64,000 bases of DNA from a virus: positions 94,302 through 158,301 of the IMG/VR virus record IMGVR_UViG_3300020477_000001. One strand, written 5' to 3'. The notes under the pieces were generated by a model. It was given only the letters and a program-made list of their open reading frames with translations, was not told where the DNA came from and did no database searches. Made by a program: the position numbers and the translations under genes. This document shows, piece after piece, positions 1-10,217 of the stretch (positions are counted from its first letter, which is position 1; the number at the start of each line of letters is the position of its first letter).

Positions 1-1
1 A

Positions 2-442
2 GACATTTTTAGCATCTCGTCGTTTAAAGCTTGGAAGAATATAAAAAAGTTCAAAGGAGACTCCAAGTTTTCTACTTGGTTAACCCGTATAGCGATAAAT
101 GAGATCACAGATGAAACCAGAAAAAATCTTAGAAAGCACTCACTCTCCCTCGACTCCCTAATTGAATCCACTGGAGACAAATCTGCGCTTCAATATTGCG
201 AACAATCAACCAACCAAGCATTCGACAATTTATCGCATAAAGATATCAGAAAAATTTACGAAAAAGCTTTAACCAAATTATCCCCACAGCAAAGAATGGC
301 GATCCATCTTTTTGTAAACGATGGTTTAACCTACGGAGAGATTTCTAAGGTCTGCTGCGTCCCAATAGGGACAATAATGTCTAGGCTTTTCTATTCTAGA
401 AAAAAACTAAAAAAAGAAATAGAATTGCTTCTCAATAAATAA
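2..442 (+). CDS. ECF-type sigma-70 factor (5' truncated by window edge)
   Basis: Frame 2 reads KAWKNIKKFKGDSKFSTWLTRIAIN (region 2) and LSPQQRMAIHL..GLTYGEISK...PIGTIMSRLFYSRKKL (region 4); stop at 440-442; not in the ORF track. Confidence 0.85.
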   Translation, partial: DIFSISSFKAWKNIKKFKGDSKFSTWLTRIAINEITDETRKNLRKHSLSLDSLIESTGDKSALQYCEQSTNQAFDNLSHKDIRKIYEKALTKLSPQQRMAIHLFVNDGLTYGEISKVCCVPIGTIMSRLFYSRKKLKKEIELLLNK

Positions 443-461
443 TTAAAAAAAGTGTAATTAT

Positions 462-803
462 ATGTTGAAGAAGATGACTCAAAAACTACTATCTAAGGTA
501 CGTGATATCATGGGCACATGCGATACGCTAGACAACCCACTTGATAGAACTCTTTCTGTAGACGGAGACTCTTTCATACTTAAAAACCGACAAAACGGTA
601 AAAGTATATTAATAGGCGAGGCTTACATAATACCCAAAAAAGAAGGCGGGCATAAACACATACTAGCTTTCAAAATAAATTCTAAAAAATGGAAGTGGGC
701 AGAAAGCGAAGGCTTTACTAGGGACGAAATAATTGATATATTCGCAAATGAGATTTTTGAAGAACTGCATATCGATGACGCAACAGACTACTTAACGTCT
801 TAA
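462..803 (+). CDS. hypothetical protein
   Basis: ORF track; preceded by the GTGTAATTA motif. Confidence 0.6.
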   Translation: MLKKMTQKLLSKVRDIMGTCDTLDNPLDRTLSVDGDSFILKNRQNGKSILIGEAYIIPKKEGGHKHILAFKINSKKWKWAESEGFTRDEIIDIFANEIFEELHIDDATDYLTS

Positions 804-804
804 A

Positions 805-993
805 ATGAAAGACCCGAAAATAAAGAATTTGAAAAAGTTGATCGGTCACTTACTTGAGAAGGCCCAACAAGAAGATTTGATTCACAAAAAGAAATCACTA
901 GAATCAAATAAAGCCTCAGAAGCAATAGGTGATAGCTTCTGGGTGTTTCACTTAAAGGAAGCTCAACGACTCATAAATGATATCGAAAGATAA
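805..993 (+). CDS. hypothetical protein
   Basis: ORF track; operon-like spacing. Confidence 0.55.
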   Translation: MKDPKIKNLKKLIGHLLEKAQQEDLIHKKKSLESNKASEAIGDSFWVFHLKEAQRLINDIER

Positions 994-1705
994 AAACATA
1001 TACCTCTTTGACATAGATGGCACACTCACTGAGCCTCTATCCAAGATGGATTCCAGTTTTACTTATTCTTTTCTTTCATGGATGGCCGATAAAAAAGTGT
1101 TCTTAGTAGGGGGCAGCGATTTTAAAAAAATATCATTACAAGTTCCTCAAAGCGTAATTAGCAGATGTTCTGGAATTTTTTCTTGCATGGGAAATGAACT
1201 TAGAACTAAAGAAGGAATAAAATATCAAAAAGAATGGAAAGCCCCAGTTAAGTTGCTCGACGAATTACTAGAGATAAGGAAGTCTTCTAGATACGAAAAC
1301 AAACGTTCCAAATATATAGAATCAAGGCGCGGCATGATTAATTTCTCTGTGGCTGGCCGAGACTCAAGCGAGGAAGAAAGAAAAGATTACTTTCTCTGGG
1401 ACCAGAAAAGTAAAGAAAGAATAGTAATTTCGAAAAATTTAAAACGCAAATTCCCAGAGCTAGATATCTGCATAGGCGGCATGATAAGCTTAGACATCCA
1501 ACCTCGCGGATGGGATAAAGCCCAAGCTGTAGACTGGATAAAAAGTCAAAGACAGTACGAAAACTGCAAAATGTTTTTCTTCGGAGATAAGTGTCACAAC
1601 GGGGGCAACGACGAGTCCCTGTTTAAGAGGGTTACGAAAGAAGGCGGGGAAGCATACAATGTAGAAGGCCCGAAAGAGACACTAGAAATAATCAGCAGAC
1701 TTTAG
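977..1705 (+). CDS. HAD-IIB phosphomannomutase-like enzyme (PMM2/Sec53 type)
   Basis: LFDIDGTLT, RGMINFSVAGR, GGMISLDIQPRGWDK and FFGDK..GGND motifs. Confidence 0.8.
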   Translation: MISKDKNIYLFDIDGTLTEPLSKMDSSFTYSFLSWMADKKVFLVGGSDFKKISLQVPQSVISRCSGIFSCMGNELRTKEGIKYQKEWKAPVKLLDELLEIRKSSRYENKRSKYIESRRGMINFSVAGRDSSEEERKDYFLWDQKSKERIVISKNLKRKFPELDICIGGMISLDIQPRGWDKAQAVDWIKSQRQYENCKMFFFGDKCHNGGNDESLFKRVTKEGGEAYNVEGPKETLEIISRL

Positions 1706-2057
1706 AGAGACTCTTTATTTGGCCTGTTAGATTTAAGGCGTTCTCGCAGCTAATAGAACTTGTTCTAATTGTCATTGGGTAGTTTAATTCCGTATCCAAT
1801 CGTATTCCTTCAATTTTCCATTCTGGATAAACAAAGTCATCAACGAAATCTATCCATCCCTTAGACTTCAAGGTCTTATAGTATGCATCTACTTCCTTCT
1901 GCCTAGCCTCAACCAGAACGTCTAGACCGATTTCCTCCTTAGATATCATTGTAACGTACCTAAAAAACAAACCCTCATTGCAAGTCAAATTTGACACAAC
2001 AATCAGATTCATATAGTATTTTACACTGAAAATGGACCAAATTAACAGCTTTTTCAT
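1692..2057 (-). CDS. hypothetical protein
   Basis: ORF track; real start probably the downstream ATG (MNLIVV...). Confidence 0.5.
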   Translation of the reverse strand: MKKLLIWSIFSVKYYMNLIVVSNLTCNEGLFFRYVTMISKEEIGLDVLVEARQKEVDAYYKTLKSKGWIDFVDDFVYPEWKIEGIRLDTELNYPMTIRTSSISCENALNLTGQIKSLSKVC

Positions 2058-2292
2058 ATCAGTTGCAGGAATTTTTTATTTTTTAAATTTATTTAAATTA
2101 TACAAAGACAAAGACGTAAAAGGTATTAGTGTCCTAAGTATTATGTTCTTTAGTTTTTGGAATTTCTGGACTTTATATTTTTTCTGGGGCACAGAATTTC
2201 TGTTAACTAAGTATGCATACATAGTCGTCTCCTTCGCCAACTTTCTTTACCTTTGCTTACTTTTTCGATACAAAGTGCTTGACAAGGATTAA
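2032..2292 (+). CDS. PQ-loop/SemiSWEET-like 3-TM membrane protein
   Basis: Three hydrophobic helices with LYKDKDVKGISV linker. Confidence 0.5.
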   Translation: MDQINSFFISVAGIFYFLNLFKLYKDKDVKGISVLSIMFFSFWNFWTLYFFWGTEFLLTKYAYIVVSFANFLYLCLLFRYKVLDKD

Positions 2293-2315
2293 AAAAAACA
2301 TTTTAATTCCCTCAC

Positions 2316-2519
2316 ATGACAGAAGTAAAAATCGAAAAAGGAATGACAGTAGACAGAGCGCTCAAACTTCTCAAGAAAAAATTAGACAGAGAAGGCACTC
2401 TAAAAGAAGTAAAAGAGAGAAAGCATTTTACCCCGAAAAGCAGGATTAGATACGACAAAAAAAGAACCGCCAAGTACAACGCGAAGCAGCAAGCGATTAG
2501 AGATAAGTACTGGAGATAG
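2316..2519 (+). CDS. rpsU: 30S ribosomal protein bS21
   Basis: VDRALKLLKKKLDREGTLKEVKERKHFTPKS; basic, 67 aa. Confidence 0.85.
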   Translation: MTEVKIEKGMTVDRALKLLKKKLDREGTLKEVKERKHFTPKSRIRYDKKRTAKYNAKQQAIRDKYWR

Positions 2520-2527
2520 ACGCCTAC

Positions 2528-3073
2528 ATGAGCCACCCCAACCTGCTTGAAAAAACTAAGACCTACCTCGTGGGTCATATGCAGTACGCCAGCGGTAGAG
2601 ATTGGCGAACACAGGTGGAGCTAGAGCTTGAAAAGCTAAACATCACAACTTTCAATCCCTACAGGAAGCCCTTCGTAAAAGACGTAGATGAAGCCGAGGG
2701 TGCTCGCGAAAAGCTGCACGAAGATATGGAGAATGGCTTTTACAATGATGTTGCTAGCTATATGAGCGTAATTAGGAGCTATGATTTAAATCTAGTCGAT
2801 AGATCAGACTTCATTATTGCTCACTTATTGCCAGATGTTGCAAGTTGGGGTAGCGCAGAAGAGCTAGTCACCGCAGTCAGAATGAAAAAACCCATATTCA
2901 TCTCCATGGAAGGCGGCAAAAACAAAACCCCTCTCTGGATGATGGGAATGATTCCACATAACTATATCTACAATAGCATCGAAGAAGTCTTAAAAATAAT
3001 TAAACAAATTGACTCTGGAGAAAAAACAATAGATAGCGACAGATGGAGGCTTTTGAGGAAAGATTTACGTTAA
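2528..3073 (+). CDS. nucleoside 2-deoxyribosyltransferase-like protein
   Basis: YLVG..WR..FNP, DLNLVDRSDFIIA, WGSAEEL. Confidence 0.65.
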   Translation: MSHPNLLEKTKTYLVGHMQYASGRDWRTQVELELEKLNITTFNPYRKPFVKDVDEAEGAREKLHEDMENGFYNDVASYMSVIRSYDLNLVDRSDFIIAHLLPDVASWGSAEELVTAVRMKKPIFISMEGGKNKTPLWMMGMIPHNYIYNSIEEVLKIIKQIDSGEKTIDSDRWRLLRKDLR

Positions 3074-3119
3074 TTTTTTTTGACTTAATTAAAAACATAT
3101 ATTACAGTTAATTAAGAAA

Positions 3120-3401
3120 ATGAGAATGGATAAGATAGTACTGGGTAGGTTTTACTTTGATAAAGAGGAAGAGCACGTTGTACAGGCTCGACAGAAAGCG
3201 AATACGTCGTCAATTTTAGCCACTAGACACAGCCCAACGCCTTTTTTTGTGAAAGCCTCGACTTTGAGGGAAGCCTCAAAACAAGAAGTAGATCAGTACA
3301 AAGAAGAGACAGAGCAAAGAAAAAACAATAACTTTAAACTCCAGAAGCGCACAGCTAAAGTCAAATCTATTAAGAAGAAGAAGAAGGAGGAGGTTGCTTA
3401 A
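3120..3401 (+). CDS. hypothetical basic protein
   Basis: ORF track; own TTGAC promoter. Confidence 0.55.
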   Translation: MRMDKIVLGRFYFDKEEEHVVQARQKANTSSILATRHSPTPFFVKASTLREASKQEVDQYKEETEQRKNNNFKLQKRTAKVKSIKKKKKEEVA

Positions 3402-3427
3402 AGGGTGGAGTCGAAGTGGTAACCACG

Positions 3428-3468
3428 AACCCCCGTCGTCTCCCCCACTTAGGACGGCGGGGGTTTTT
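3428..3468 (+). terminator. Rho-independent terminator
   Basis: AACCCCCGTCGTC...GACGGCGGGGGTT stem followed by a T-run. Confidence 0.7.
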
Positions 3469-3499
3469 AGTTTAGAGACAACAGTACGCACAAGAAATA

Positions 3500-4597
3500 A
3501 TGGTAAAAGATAACGAAATAAATATATCCCCAGAAGAGTGGCTGCGGTTAAATGAGTCTTTCCCTAAAGAGGAAATTAAGAAAATGATCTCTGACGCCAT
3601 AGGAGACAATAACTTACCTATGCCCATGAGAAAAATCTCCGAGATGGACTCTATCTCAGACTTCGACAAACTAATCTCCTTTGACGATAAAGAAATAATT
3701 AAAAAAGAAGAGTGGTTCACTAGGTACGATTATAGCAGTAAGTATCCATTGTCGAATGTTCTTTTTTCGACATGTAATACTGGCAACAAAGCCTCCGACT
3801 ACTACCAGCAAGAAAACCGTTGGCGATGCGATAGCATAAACTCCCCAAGCCCATACAGAACTTGGACCACGGAAAAATTTAGAATGACGCTCCTAAACGC
3901 CCTATGGAGTCTTAAGCTAGAAGAGGTAAACTCAAAAAATCTTAGAGCGTGTATCGCACTTAGAAAATACATAGCAAACCAGTTTAGACCTTCCGCAGCC
4001 AAAGCAATTTACAACTATTTCGGTGCTCAAAAAACATTAGATTTTAGCTCTGGGTGGGGAGACAGATTGTGTGGCTTTTTGGCTAGTGACGCAGAATCTT
4101 ATGTAGGAATAGACCCCAATGAAAAATTATTTTCTGGCTATGAAAATATGTACGACATGTTCCTAGGGGAAAAGGAAATAGAAATCATAAATTGCTGCGC
4201 GGAAGATGTAAAGCTACCCGATAATGATTTTGACTTGGTATTTACATCTCCTCCATACTTTAATATAGAAAGATACACCCAAGAAGATAATCAATCTTGG
4301 AAGAAATACAGGAAAATTAATTCTTGGCTTGAAAACTTTTTATTCGTAGCACTGCAAAAGTCTTGGGATAGCTTGATAAATGGAGGATACTTGGCTATAA
4401 ATATAAGTGATGTATACTCAAATCATACTATAAATAAAATTTGTGACCCAATGAACGATTTTATATCTGAATTAAAAAATTCTAAATACATTGGCTGCTA
4501 CGGGTATCAAATGAGAAAAAGGCCGAGTAGTGGAGCGTTAAAGGGCAAAAAAGGTAAATTCGCTGAGCCGATTTGGGTTTGGCAAAAAATAAAATGA
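3500..4597 (+). CDS. amino (N4-C/N6-A) DNA methyltransferase
   Basis: LDFSSGWGDRL SAM-binding motif and FTSPPYF catalytic motif. Confidence 0.8.
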   Translation: MVKDNEINISPEEWLRLNESFPKEEIKKMISDAIGDNNLPMPMRKISEMDSISDFDKLISFDDKEIIKKEEWFTRYDYSSKYPLSNVLFSTCNTGNKASDYYQQENRWRCDSINSPSPYRTWTTEKFRMTLLNALWSLKLEEVNSKNLRACIALRKYIANQFRPSAAKAIYNYFGAQKTLDFSSGWGDRLCGFLASDAESYVGIDPNEKLFSGYENMYDMFLGEKEIEIINCCAEDVKLPDNDFDLVFTSPPYFNIERYTQEDNQSWKKYRKINSWLENFLFVALQKSWDSLINGGYLAINISDVYSNHTINKICDPMNDFISELKNSKYIGCYGYQMRKRPSSGALKGKKGKFAEPIWVWQKIK

Positions 4598-5251
4598 GAT
4601 TATTTTTATTTAAATTACTATTTAAGATAACTTGGTGGATCGCGCCCGATCAACGCCGCGTAAATAGGCTATTTGAAATGTACTTAGAGTACATTAAAGC
4701 AGAAGAAGATTACATTGCTTGCCAGAAAAGACAAGCCGAAATGGATGCTTGCATCCAGCCCAGAACCGAGACTTACGAGCATCTCACCACTAAAAAACAA
4801 AGAGACCTATATCGCGCAAGTATGCCCCCTAGGTCTTCTGATTCGAGTCAACCAAGAAGCCATTATTCTGACTATGAAGAAGCGAAAGCCTACCATGAAG
4901 GCCGATAAAATGTCCAAAGATTTTGAAGATATTAAGTACTACATCAAACAAGCAGAAGAATATGGCCTCCTGCAAGAAGTAATAATTACTGCGATTAAAA
5001 CTGCACAAGTAAACCCCAACTACGAACCAGAGGTTATAATGGACATGGCCTGTGACGACTGGGATATCTAAAGCTACTTCTTTCCTACCCTAAAAGCTAT
5101 CACGCACACACCGATTGCCGTAGCGAGCTTACACAAAGAATCCAAAATGGCCATAGTTAATGCTAGTTCATTCATAAATATAATTACACTTAAAAAAGTT
5201 ATACAATTAAAAATATTATATTGATAACCGCAACACGGTGTATATATTTAT

Positions 5252-5479
5252 ATGGCCTCGAAAGAAGACAAGTACGAAGACAATGTAGCTGGTAAATTTT
5301 ACGTTGATACGGAATGCATTGATTGTAATTTATGCCGAGAATTAGCGCCAGAAAATTTCACCAACCACGAAGACGGATACTCTTACGTCTACAAACAACC
5401 GAAAGAACAAGGTGAAGCAGACGCTTGCTTAGAAGCAATGGATAACTGCCCCGTCGAAGCCATAGGTGACGATGGATAA
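5252..5479 (+). CDS. ferredoxin
   Basis: CIDCNLC...CP Fe-S motif; N-terminus resembles PVC-type ferredoxins. Confidence 0.85.
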   Translation: MASKEDKYEDNVAGKFYVDTECIDCNLCRELAPENFTNHEDGYSYVYKQPKEQGEADACLEAMDNCPVEAIGDDG

Positions 5480-5550
5480 AAGAAGCTCAAAACTTACGCC
5501 ACAGAAGCCTTAAAGAAGTGTAATTAATTTTAATTAAAAAAGGAATTAAC

Positions 5551-6777
5551 ATGCCCCTTCCGTCTCCAAATAAAGGACAAAAAAAAGAAGAATTCGTAAA
5601 CATCTGTATGGACAATACTAAAATGCTAAACGAATTCCCAGACGACAAACAAAGAGCCGCTGTATGCTACTCCCAGTGGGACAAGTCAAATGGCTCCGTA
5701 GAGATGGATTTTTCGGGGCAGTACGTTCAAGCCAAGGAAGGCAAAACCCTAAACAAGCCATTCAGAACGCCAAAGGGTCCAAAGAAATTTTCTGTGTACG
5801 TTAAGAACGAAAAAGGCAACGTAGTAAAGGTTAACTTTGGCGATCCGAACATGGAGATTAAGAGGGACGACCCGAAACGCAGAAAGAACTTCAGAGCAAG
5901 ACATAACTGCGAAAACCCCGGTCCTAAAACCAAAGCTAGATACTGGTCCTGCAAGATGTGGAGCAAGAAGAGCGTTACCAAAATGACCAAGGGCTCAGAA
6001 GACTGCGAATGGGATGGCGAAACTTTTTTCGATCACGACGAACTATTAACCCTTAACCCATCATTAGCCTTCGTAGAAACAGAAATCACCGAAAATGACG
6101 ACATCTGCGAGTGCGAACCCAATGAGGCTACTCTCGCCAAGAAGGAAAAAACCCTTCCGCCCGCCCTCCAAAAACAAATCTTAAAGAAAAAGGGCAAGAA
6201 AAAAGAAGAGAATTCTAAAGAGGAAGAAGAGAAAGCTGAGAATAAATCCAAGGCAGACGAAGACGATAAAGTAGTGCTTCCATACTTGAGGCAGAAAAAA
6301 ACTGCCGACGCTTACGAAATGAGTTACAATGAGTACAATCAAGTAATGAATTTCAATGACGCAGTAGAGACTAGGGATGACTTGCCAGTAGAAGACCTAG
6401 AAGAGGCTATTTCTGCGAAGCGTAGAGGACCAAAGTCTTCAGCGCAAACACCAGCTAAGCCCAGTGAAAGAAAAAAAGGTTCATCCAAAAATAAAAAAGG
6501 TAGCGCTGGCAAGAGCGGACCCGCAATTACTTTCTCAGCAAAAGTAACTGAGTCTCTAAAAAACAAAGTAAAAGAACACAACTCAAAATACCCTAAAAAA
6601 GTAACACTAAGCCAACTTAAAAAAGTATACAGAAGAGGTGCAGGAGCTTTCTCTTCATCGCACAGACCGGGTAAAACAAGAGGTCAATGGGCTATGGCCA
6701 GAGTCAACATGTTCTTAAAAATGAAAGCTGGTAAAAAAGTAAAAGACAGCTACAGAGCGGCTGACGGAGACATATAG
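5551..6777 (+). CDS. multi-domain basic phage protein
   Basis: ORF track; NFRARHNC..RYWSCKMW and KVYRRGAGAF..QWAMARVN modules recalled from large-phage proteins. Confidence 0.6.
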   Translation: MPLPSPNKGQKKEEFVNICMDNTKMLNEFPDDKQRAAVCYSQWDKSNGSVEMDFSGQYVQAKEGKTLNKPFRTPKGPKKFSVYVKNEKGNVVKVNFGDPNMEIKRDDPKRRKNFRARHNCENPGPKTKARYWSCKMWSKKSVTKMTKGSEDCEWDGETFFDHDELLTLNPSLAFVETEITENDDICECEPNEATLAKKEKTLPPALQKQILKKKGKKKEENSKEEEEKAENKSKADEDDKVVLPYLRQKKTADAYEMSYNEYNQVMNFNDAVETRDDLPVEDLEEAISAKRRGPKSSAQTPAKPSERKKGSSKNKKGSAGKSGPAITFSAKVTESLKNKVKEHNSKYPKKVTLSQLKKVYRRGAGAFSSSHRPGKTRGQWAMARVNMFLKMKAGKKVKDSYRAADGDI

Positions 6778-6778
6778 A

Positions 6779-7216
6779 ATGATATACTTGCTCTACGGTC
6801 AGCCAGCTTCTGGTAAGACGACCCTAGGCAAATTACTATCCGAATATTTAGACTCTCCGTTTTTCATAGACGGAGACGAGTTTCGCTCTTTATTTTCCAA
6901 TGAAGACTATGGCCCAAGCGGGCGGTATTCTAACATCAAAAACGCAAACGCAGCTTGTACGTATTTAAACAAAGGTTTAAATTATGACGTGGTATTATCT
7001 TTGGTCAACCCATACGAAAGCCTCAGAAAAGAACTAAAGGAAAACAACCCAGACGAAGTTCTTGAGATTTTTTTACACTCAGAAAGAGAACTCAGAAAAG
7101 AATTCCACGTACAAGAATTCGAAATAGGTAATCCAGACATAACAATCAGTACTGATAAGCCTACAGAGATCACCTTCGTAAGCTTACTAGCTTACATATC
7201 TGTCACTCTAAATTGA
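6779..7216 (+). CDS. adenylyl-sulfate kinase-like P-loop kinase
   Basis: GQPASGKTT, IDGDEFR, DY..GR..NI, VLSLVNPY..R. Confidence 0.65.
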   Translation: MIYLLYGQPASGKTTLGKLLSEYLDSPFFIDGDEFRSLFSNEDYGPSGRYSNIKNANAACTYLNKGLNYDVVLSLVNPYESLRKELKENNPDEVLEIFLHSERELRKEFHVQEFEIGNPDITISTDKPTEITFVSLLAYISVTLN

Positions 7217-7265
7217 TTTTTTAATTGACTTAAATTAAAAAACAAAATACCTTGTTACGCACGAC

Positions 7266-7613
7266 ATGGAAAAAGAGAAATGCGACAAGTGTGACTGCGA
7301 GGTGACAACTGAGAACTGCGCCATAACTATGCACGCAATTGCATGGGACGAGCCTTACGCTGGGTTATTTGCTAGGCGTAGGTGCATCAACTGCTCTCCA
7401 TCAAGAGCGCAGCACATTGTTCACCCAGACTTTCCGCCAGTAGTAGACGACAGGGAGCAGTTCGACAAACGCAATCGGGAAGTATTCCCCGCAGAGGAAA
7501 AGGTAAGAGAGTTTGAAAAACGATGGACCGCTGCATGGCTTATGTGCCAACACCCAGAGGTAGCGGAAGCGCAACTACAAAAACTCGCAGCGACATGGAA
7601 GTCGCCCGATTAA
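7266..7613 (+). CDS. hypothetical Cys-containing protein
   Basis: ORF track; upstream TTGAC promoter. Confidence 0.55.
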   Translation: MEKEKCDKCDCEVTTENCAITMHAIAWDEPYAGLFARRRCINCSPSRAQHIVHPDFPPVVDDREQFDKRNREVFPAEEKVREFEKRWTAAWLMCQHPEVAEAQLQKLAATWKSPD

Positions 7614-7824
7614 TTATGAACGGAATCGAAATAAATGGAAAATACGTGCGAGCCTTTAAGTCTGGCAAGTTACCGAACGGCAAGCCTAGATGGGCCGTAG
7701 GTCTATGGGAGTTCGGGGATAGTGAAACAGAATACACGTACCCTAAAAGTTTTGAGAGTAAGGAAGACGCCCAAGTCTTCATAGCAGAACTAAACATAAG
7801 AGAATCGTAGAATTAGATTATAGA

Positions 7825-8172
7825 ATGAAAGACTTAGCCCCCGATATATGTAGACAGAGGATCGTTATTGAAGGTACTCTTTATAACGCTTTCAGCCCAG
7901 AAGACATGGACAGGTACTGCCGCGAAATGACCAAAGTCTTAGGTATGACTGAAGTCACCGCCCCATTCTGCAATCATGACCCCCAGTATGGATGGTGTGC
8001 TTACGCACACTGGAAAGAAAGCGGAATGCATGTTTATGCATGGGACAACAGAAAGCCTCCGTTTTTCTCTGTTGATGTTTATACCTGCAAGCCATTTAAC
8101 CCAGATCATGCAGTAAACTTCACAAGAGAGTTTCTTGGGGAGAATCTAATTGAGCTAGCATGGAAAGAGTAA
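7825..8172 (+). CDS. speD: S-adenosylmethionine decarboxylase-like proenzyme
   Basis: KES self-cleavage site, HVYAW, SVDVYTCKPF. Confidence 0.65.
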   Translation: MKDLAPDICRQRIVIEGTLYNAFSPEDMDRYCREMTKVLGMTEVTAPFCNHDPQYGWCAYAHWKESGMHVYAWDNRKPPFFSVDVYTCKPFNPDHAVNFTREFLGENLIELAWKE

Positions 8173-8434
8173 CAAAAAAATACTGGAACCATGACGGTCC
8201 TCCCTCCCATTATCATGTTGAGGTAGATGGAGAGTTGGCCTTTAGAGGTAGCTATGACCAAGGGATACTGTTCATAAAGTCGCTCGACAACAATGGCATG
8301 ATAAACTTTAAAGACGACTTCATTCCCTATGCTGATATGCTTTGCAAAAGATATTACAGAGCCTTGATGTGCGAAAGGGAATTAAGGCGAGAAATAATTA
8401 AATTAAAAAAAGAAATAAAAAATAAAGCATCGTA

Positions 8435-9349
8435 ATGTCTTTAGTTAGATACAAAATTTATTACAAAGGAAAGCCTTGTCACGAGGTTAATGCACTTAAC
8501 AGACAAGACGCTGCCAGAAAGGCAAAATACTGGTTTTACAAACGTGTCGATAGAGGTGAGCTCAGCGGTAAGGTAAGAATGGTACTAACCATAGATGACC
8601 CAAATAAAGAGGGCGAGTTTGTCCCGAACTTTAACGTACAGTTAGCTAAAAATAACTTCTTCCTAAAAGAAGACGCCGATAGGATAATCCAGCAGTCCAA
8701 TGGAATGCTAAGATACTCCACCAAAAGAGAAATAGAAAAAGCTTCTCAAAAAATCGGACACATAACGCAGTTTACTCGCATAAAAAGGCACAGGGTATTA
8801 CCTAAAAAAGTTAAAGGAATCCCTTACCTCTATAAATGGTACGATAATTACTACTACAATATTACTTTCAAAAATCAAAAAACCGTAGGCACAGTTTGGA
8901 GGAAAGGCGGCTCCCTAAATGTTGAGAGTAGCCCCAGATGGGAAGGTGACGGAAGAAAAGTTTGGAATAGCAAATCAATTAAAAAATCACCTGCTTGCAT
9001 CAAAAAAGGCAAAATGACCAGCAAGCACCGGAGTAAGCTACTGAGATTACAATCACCCACGGAGCTTGAGGCCATTTCCGAAATCCTAGACAAAAGACTT
9101 TACGAACTAGACAAATCTAGGGATGTAAAGAAGAAGATCGAAAAGATCAGAGACGCTAAATTAGAACTACAATTAAAAGAGGCGTTATCCTTCTTCCCTA
9201 ATCTATGCAATATGCAAACCTCAGCCATCCTAAAAGATGGTATGAAAATCATAAATAATAAAGTATTCTACAGTAAAGACTGGCTTAGATTAATTGTAAA
9301 CGACGAACAACAACTCTACTCTGCTATCCGCAGCTTAATCAGACCATGA
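8435..9349 (+). CDS. hypothetical basic protein
   Basis: 304-aa ORF coupled to its neighbours. Confidence 0.55.
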   Translation: MSLVRYKIYYKGKPCHEVNALNRQDAARKAKYWFYKRVDRGELSGKVRMVLTIDDPNKEGEFVPNFNVQLAKNNFFLKEDADRIIQQSNGMLRYSTKREIEKASQKIGHITQFTRIKRHRVLPKKVKGIPYLYKWYDNYYYNITFKNQKTVGTVWRKGGSLNVESSPRWEGDGRKVWNSKSIKKSPACIKKGKMTSKHRSKLLRLQSPTELEAISEILDKRLYELDKSRDVKKKIEKIRDAKLELQLKEALSFFPNLCNMQTSAILKDGMKIINNKVFYSKDWLRLIVNDEQQLYSAIRSLIRP

Positions 9350-9696
9350 TAAAATATACAATTCAAGAAAGATTCTTCATTTTCCTAGGTTTAGTGTGTC
9401 TCGGCATGGTGTCTATTAATCACTATTACTTAAACAAGTACGATAAAGATATACAGGAGTCCTTAAATGAAAATTACGATATCTCTAAAAGACATATAGC
9501 AAACTCAATCAACAAAAGCATGGCCATAGAACACTGGAAATCCATGTACCTTGGCCAAAAAAGTTACTGCGAAATGCTAGAAAAACAGGTCAACGTAATA
9601 AATGACTACTGGGGCAAAGAAAATTTAAAATTGAAAGATGAGCTTTTCGATCTAAAACACTCAAATACAAACAACTCAACCACCCCTAAAAAATGA
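9346..9696 (+). CDS. N-terminally membrane-anchored hypothetical protein
   Basis: One TM helix followed by a helical region. Confidence 0.5.
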   Translation: MIKYTIQERFFIFLGLVCLGMVSINHYYLNKYDKDIQESLNENYDISKRHIANSINKSMAIEHWKSMYLGQKSYCEMLEKQVNVINDYWGKENLKLKDELFDLKHSNTNNSTTPKK

Positions 9697-10202
9697 ATCG
9701 TAGAGACTTTATAAAGTCAACAAGTGCGAGCGCGGTAGCACTCGCAACAGTACCCGCATCTATAGCAAGCGAATCAGAGCACTCTCCTCCAAGGCTAAAG
9801 CCAGAGTATCCTTATTTTGTAAATTGCTATATTCAAAATCAAAGATATTGGCCCCTAGAGGAATACAAAGATGGTATTTTTGGCGGTGATCATGAAGGTA
9901 TAAAAGATGAGGGGTACATGGGAGAAAAATGGATTGACGGTCAATTACGTTTTAATAGTTTCGGTGCAGCGGTTGAGTTTATAGATGTTCATAGCTTGGT
10001 AGTTCCTTTTTATAATGAAATTATGTATGAAGTATTTCATGAGAGAGTAAAAGACCAAATGGTTCCGCCAAAACATATTTTTAATTACTGGGTTAAATTA
10101 ATGCCCGATGGTTTGGTGGATAACTTTCCAGAAACTATTAGGTGGATTCACCCAGACTATATTGATCACACTGCTGATGGAGCCTTAATTGAATATGTAT
10201 AG
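9693..10202 (+). CDS. Tat (twin-arginine) signal-peptide protein
   Basis: MNRRDFIK plus hydrophobic stretch plus small-residue cleavage region. Confidence 0.65.
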   Translation: MNRRDFIKSTSASAVALATVPASIASESEHSPPRLKPEYPYFVNCYIQNQRYWPLEEYKDGIFGGDHEGIKDEGYMGEKWIDGQLRFNSFGAAVEFIDVHSLVVPFYNEIMYEVFHERVKDQMVPPKHIFNYWVKLMPDGLVDNFPETIRWIHPDYIDHTADGALIEYV

Positions 10203-10217
10203 AAGTTAAAGATCGCA

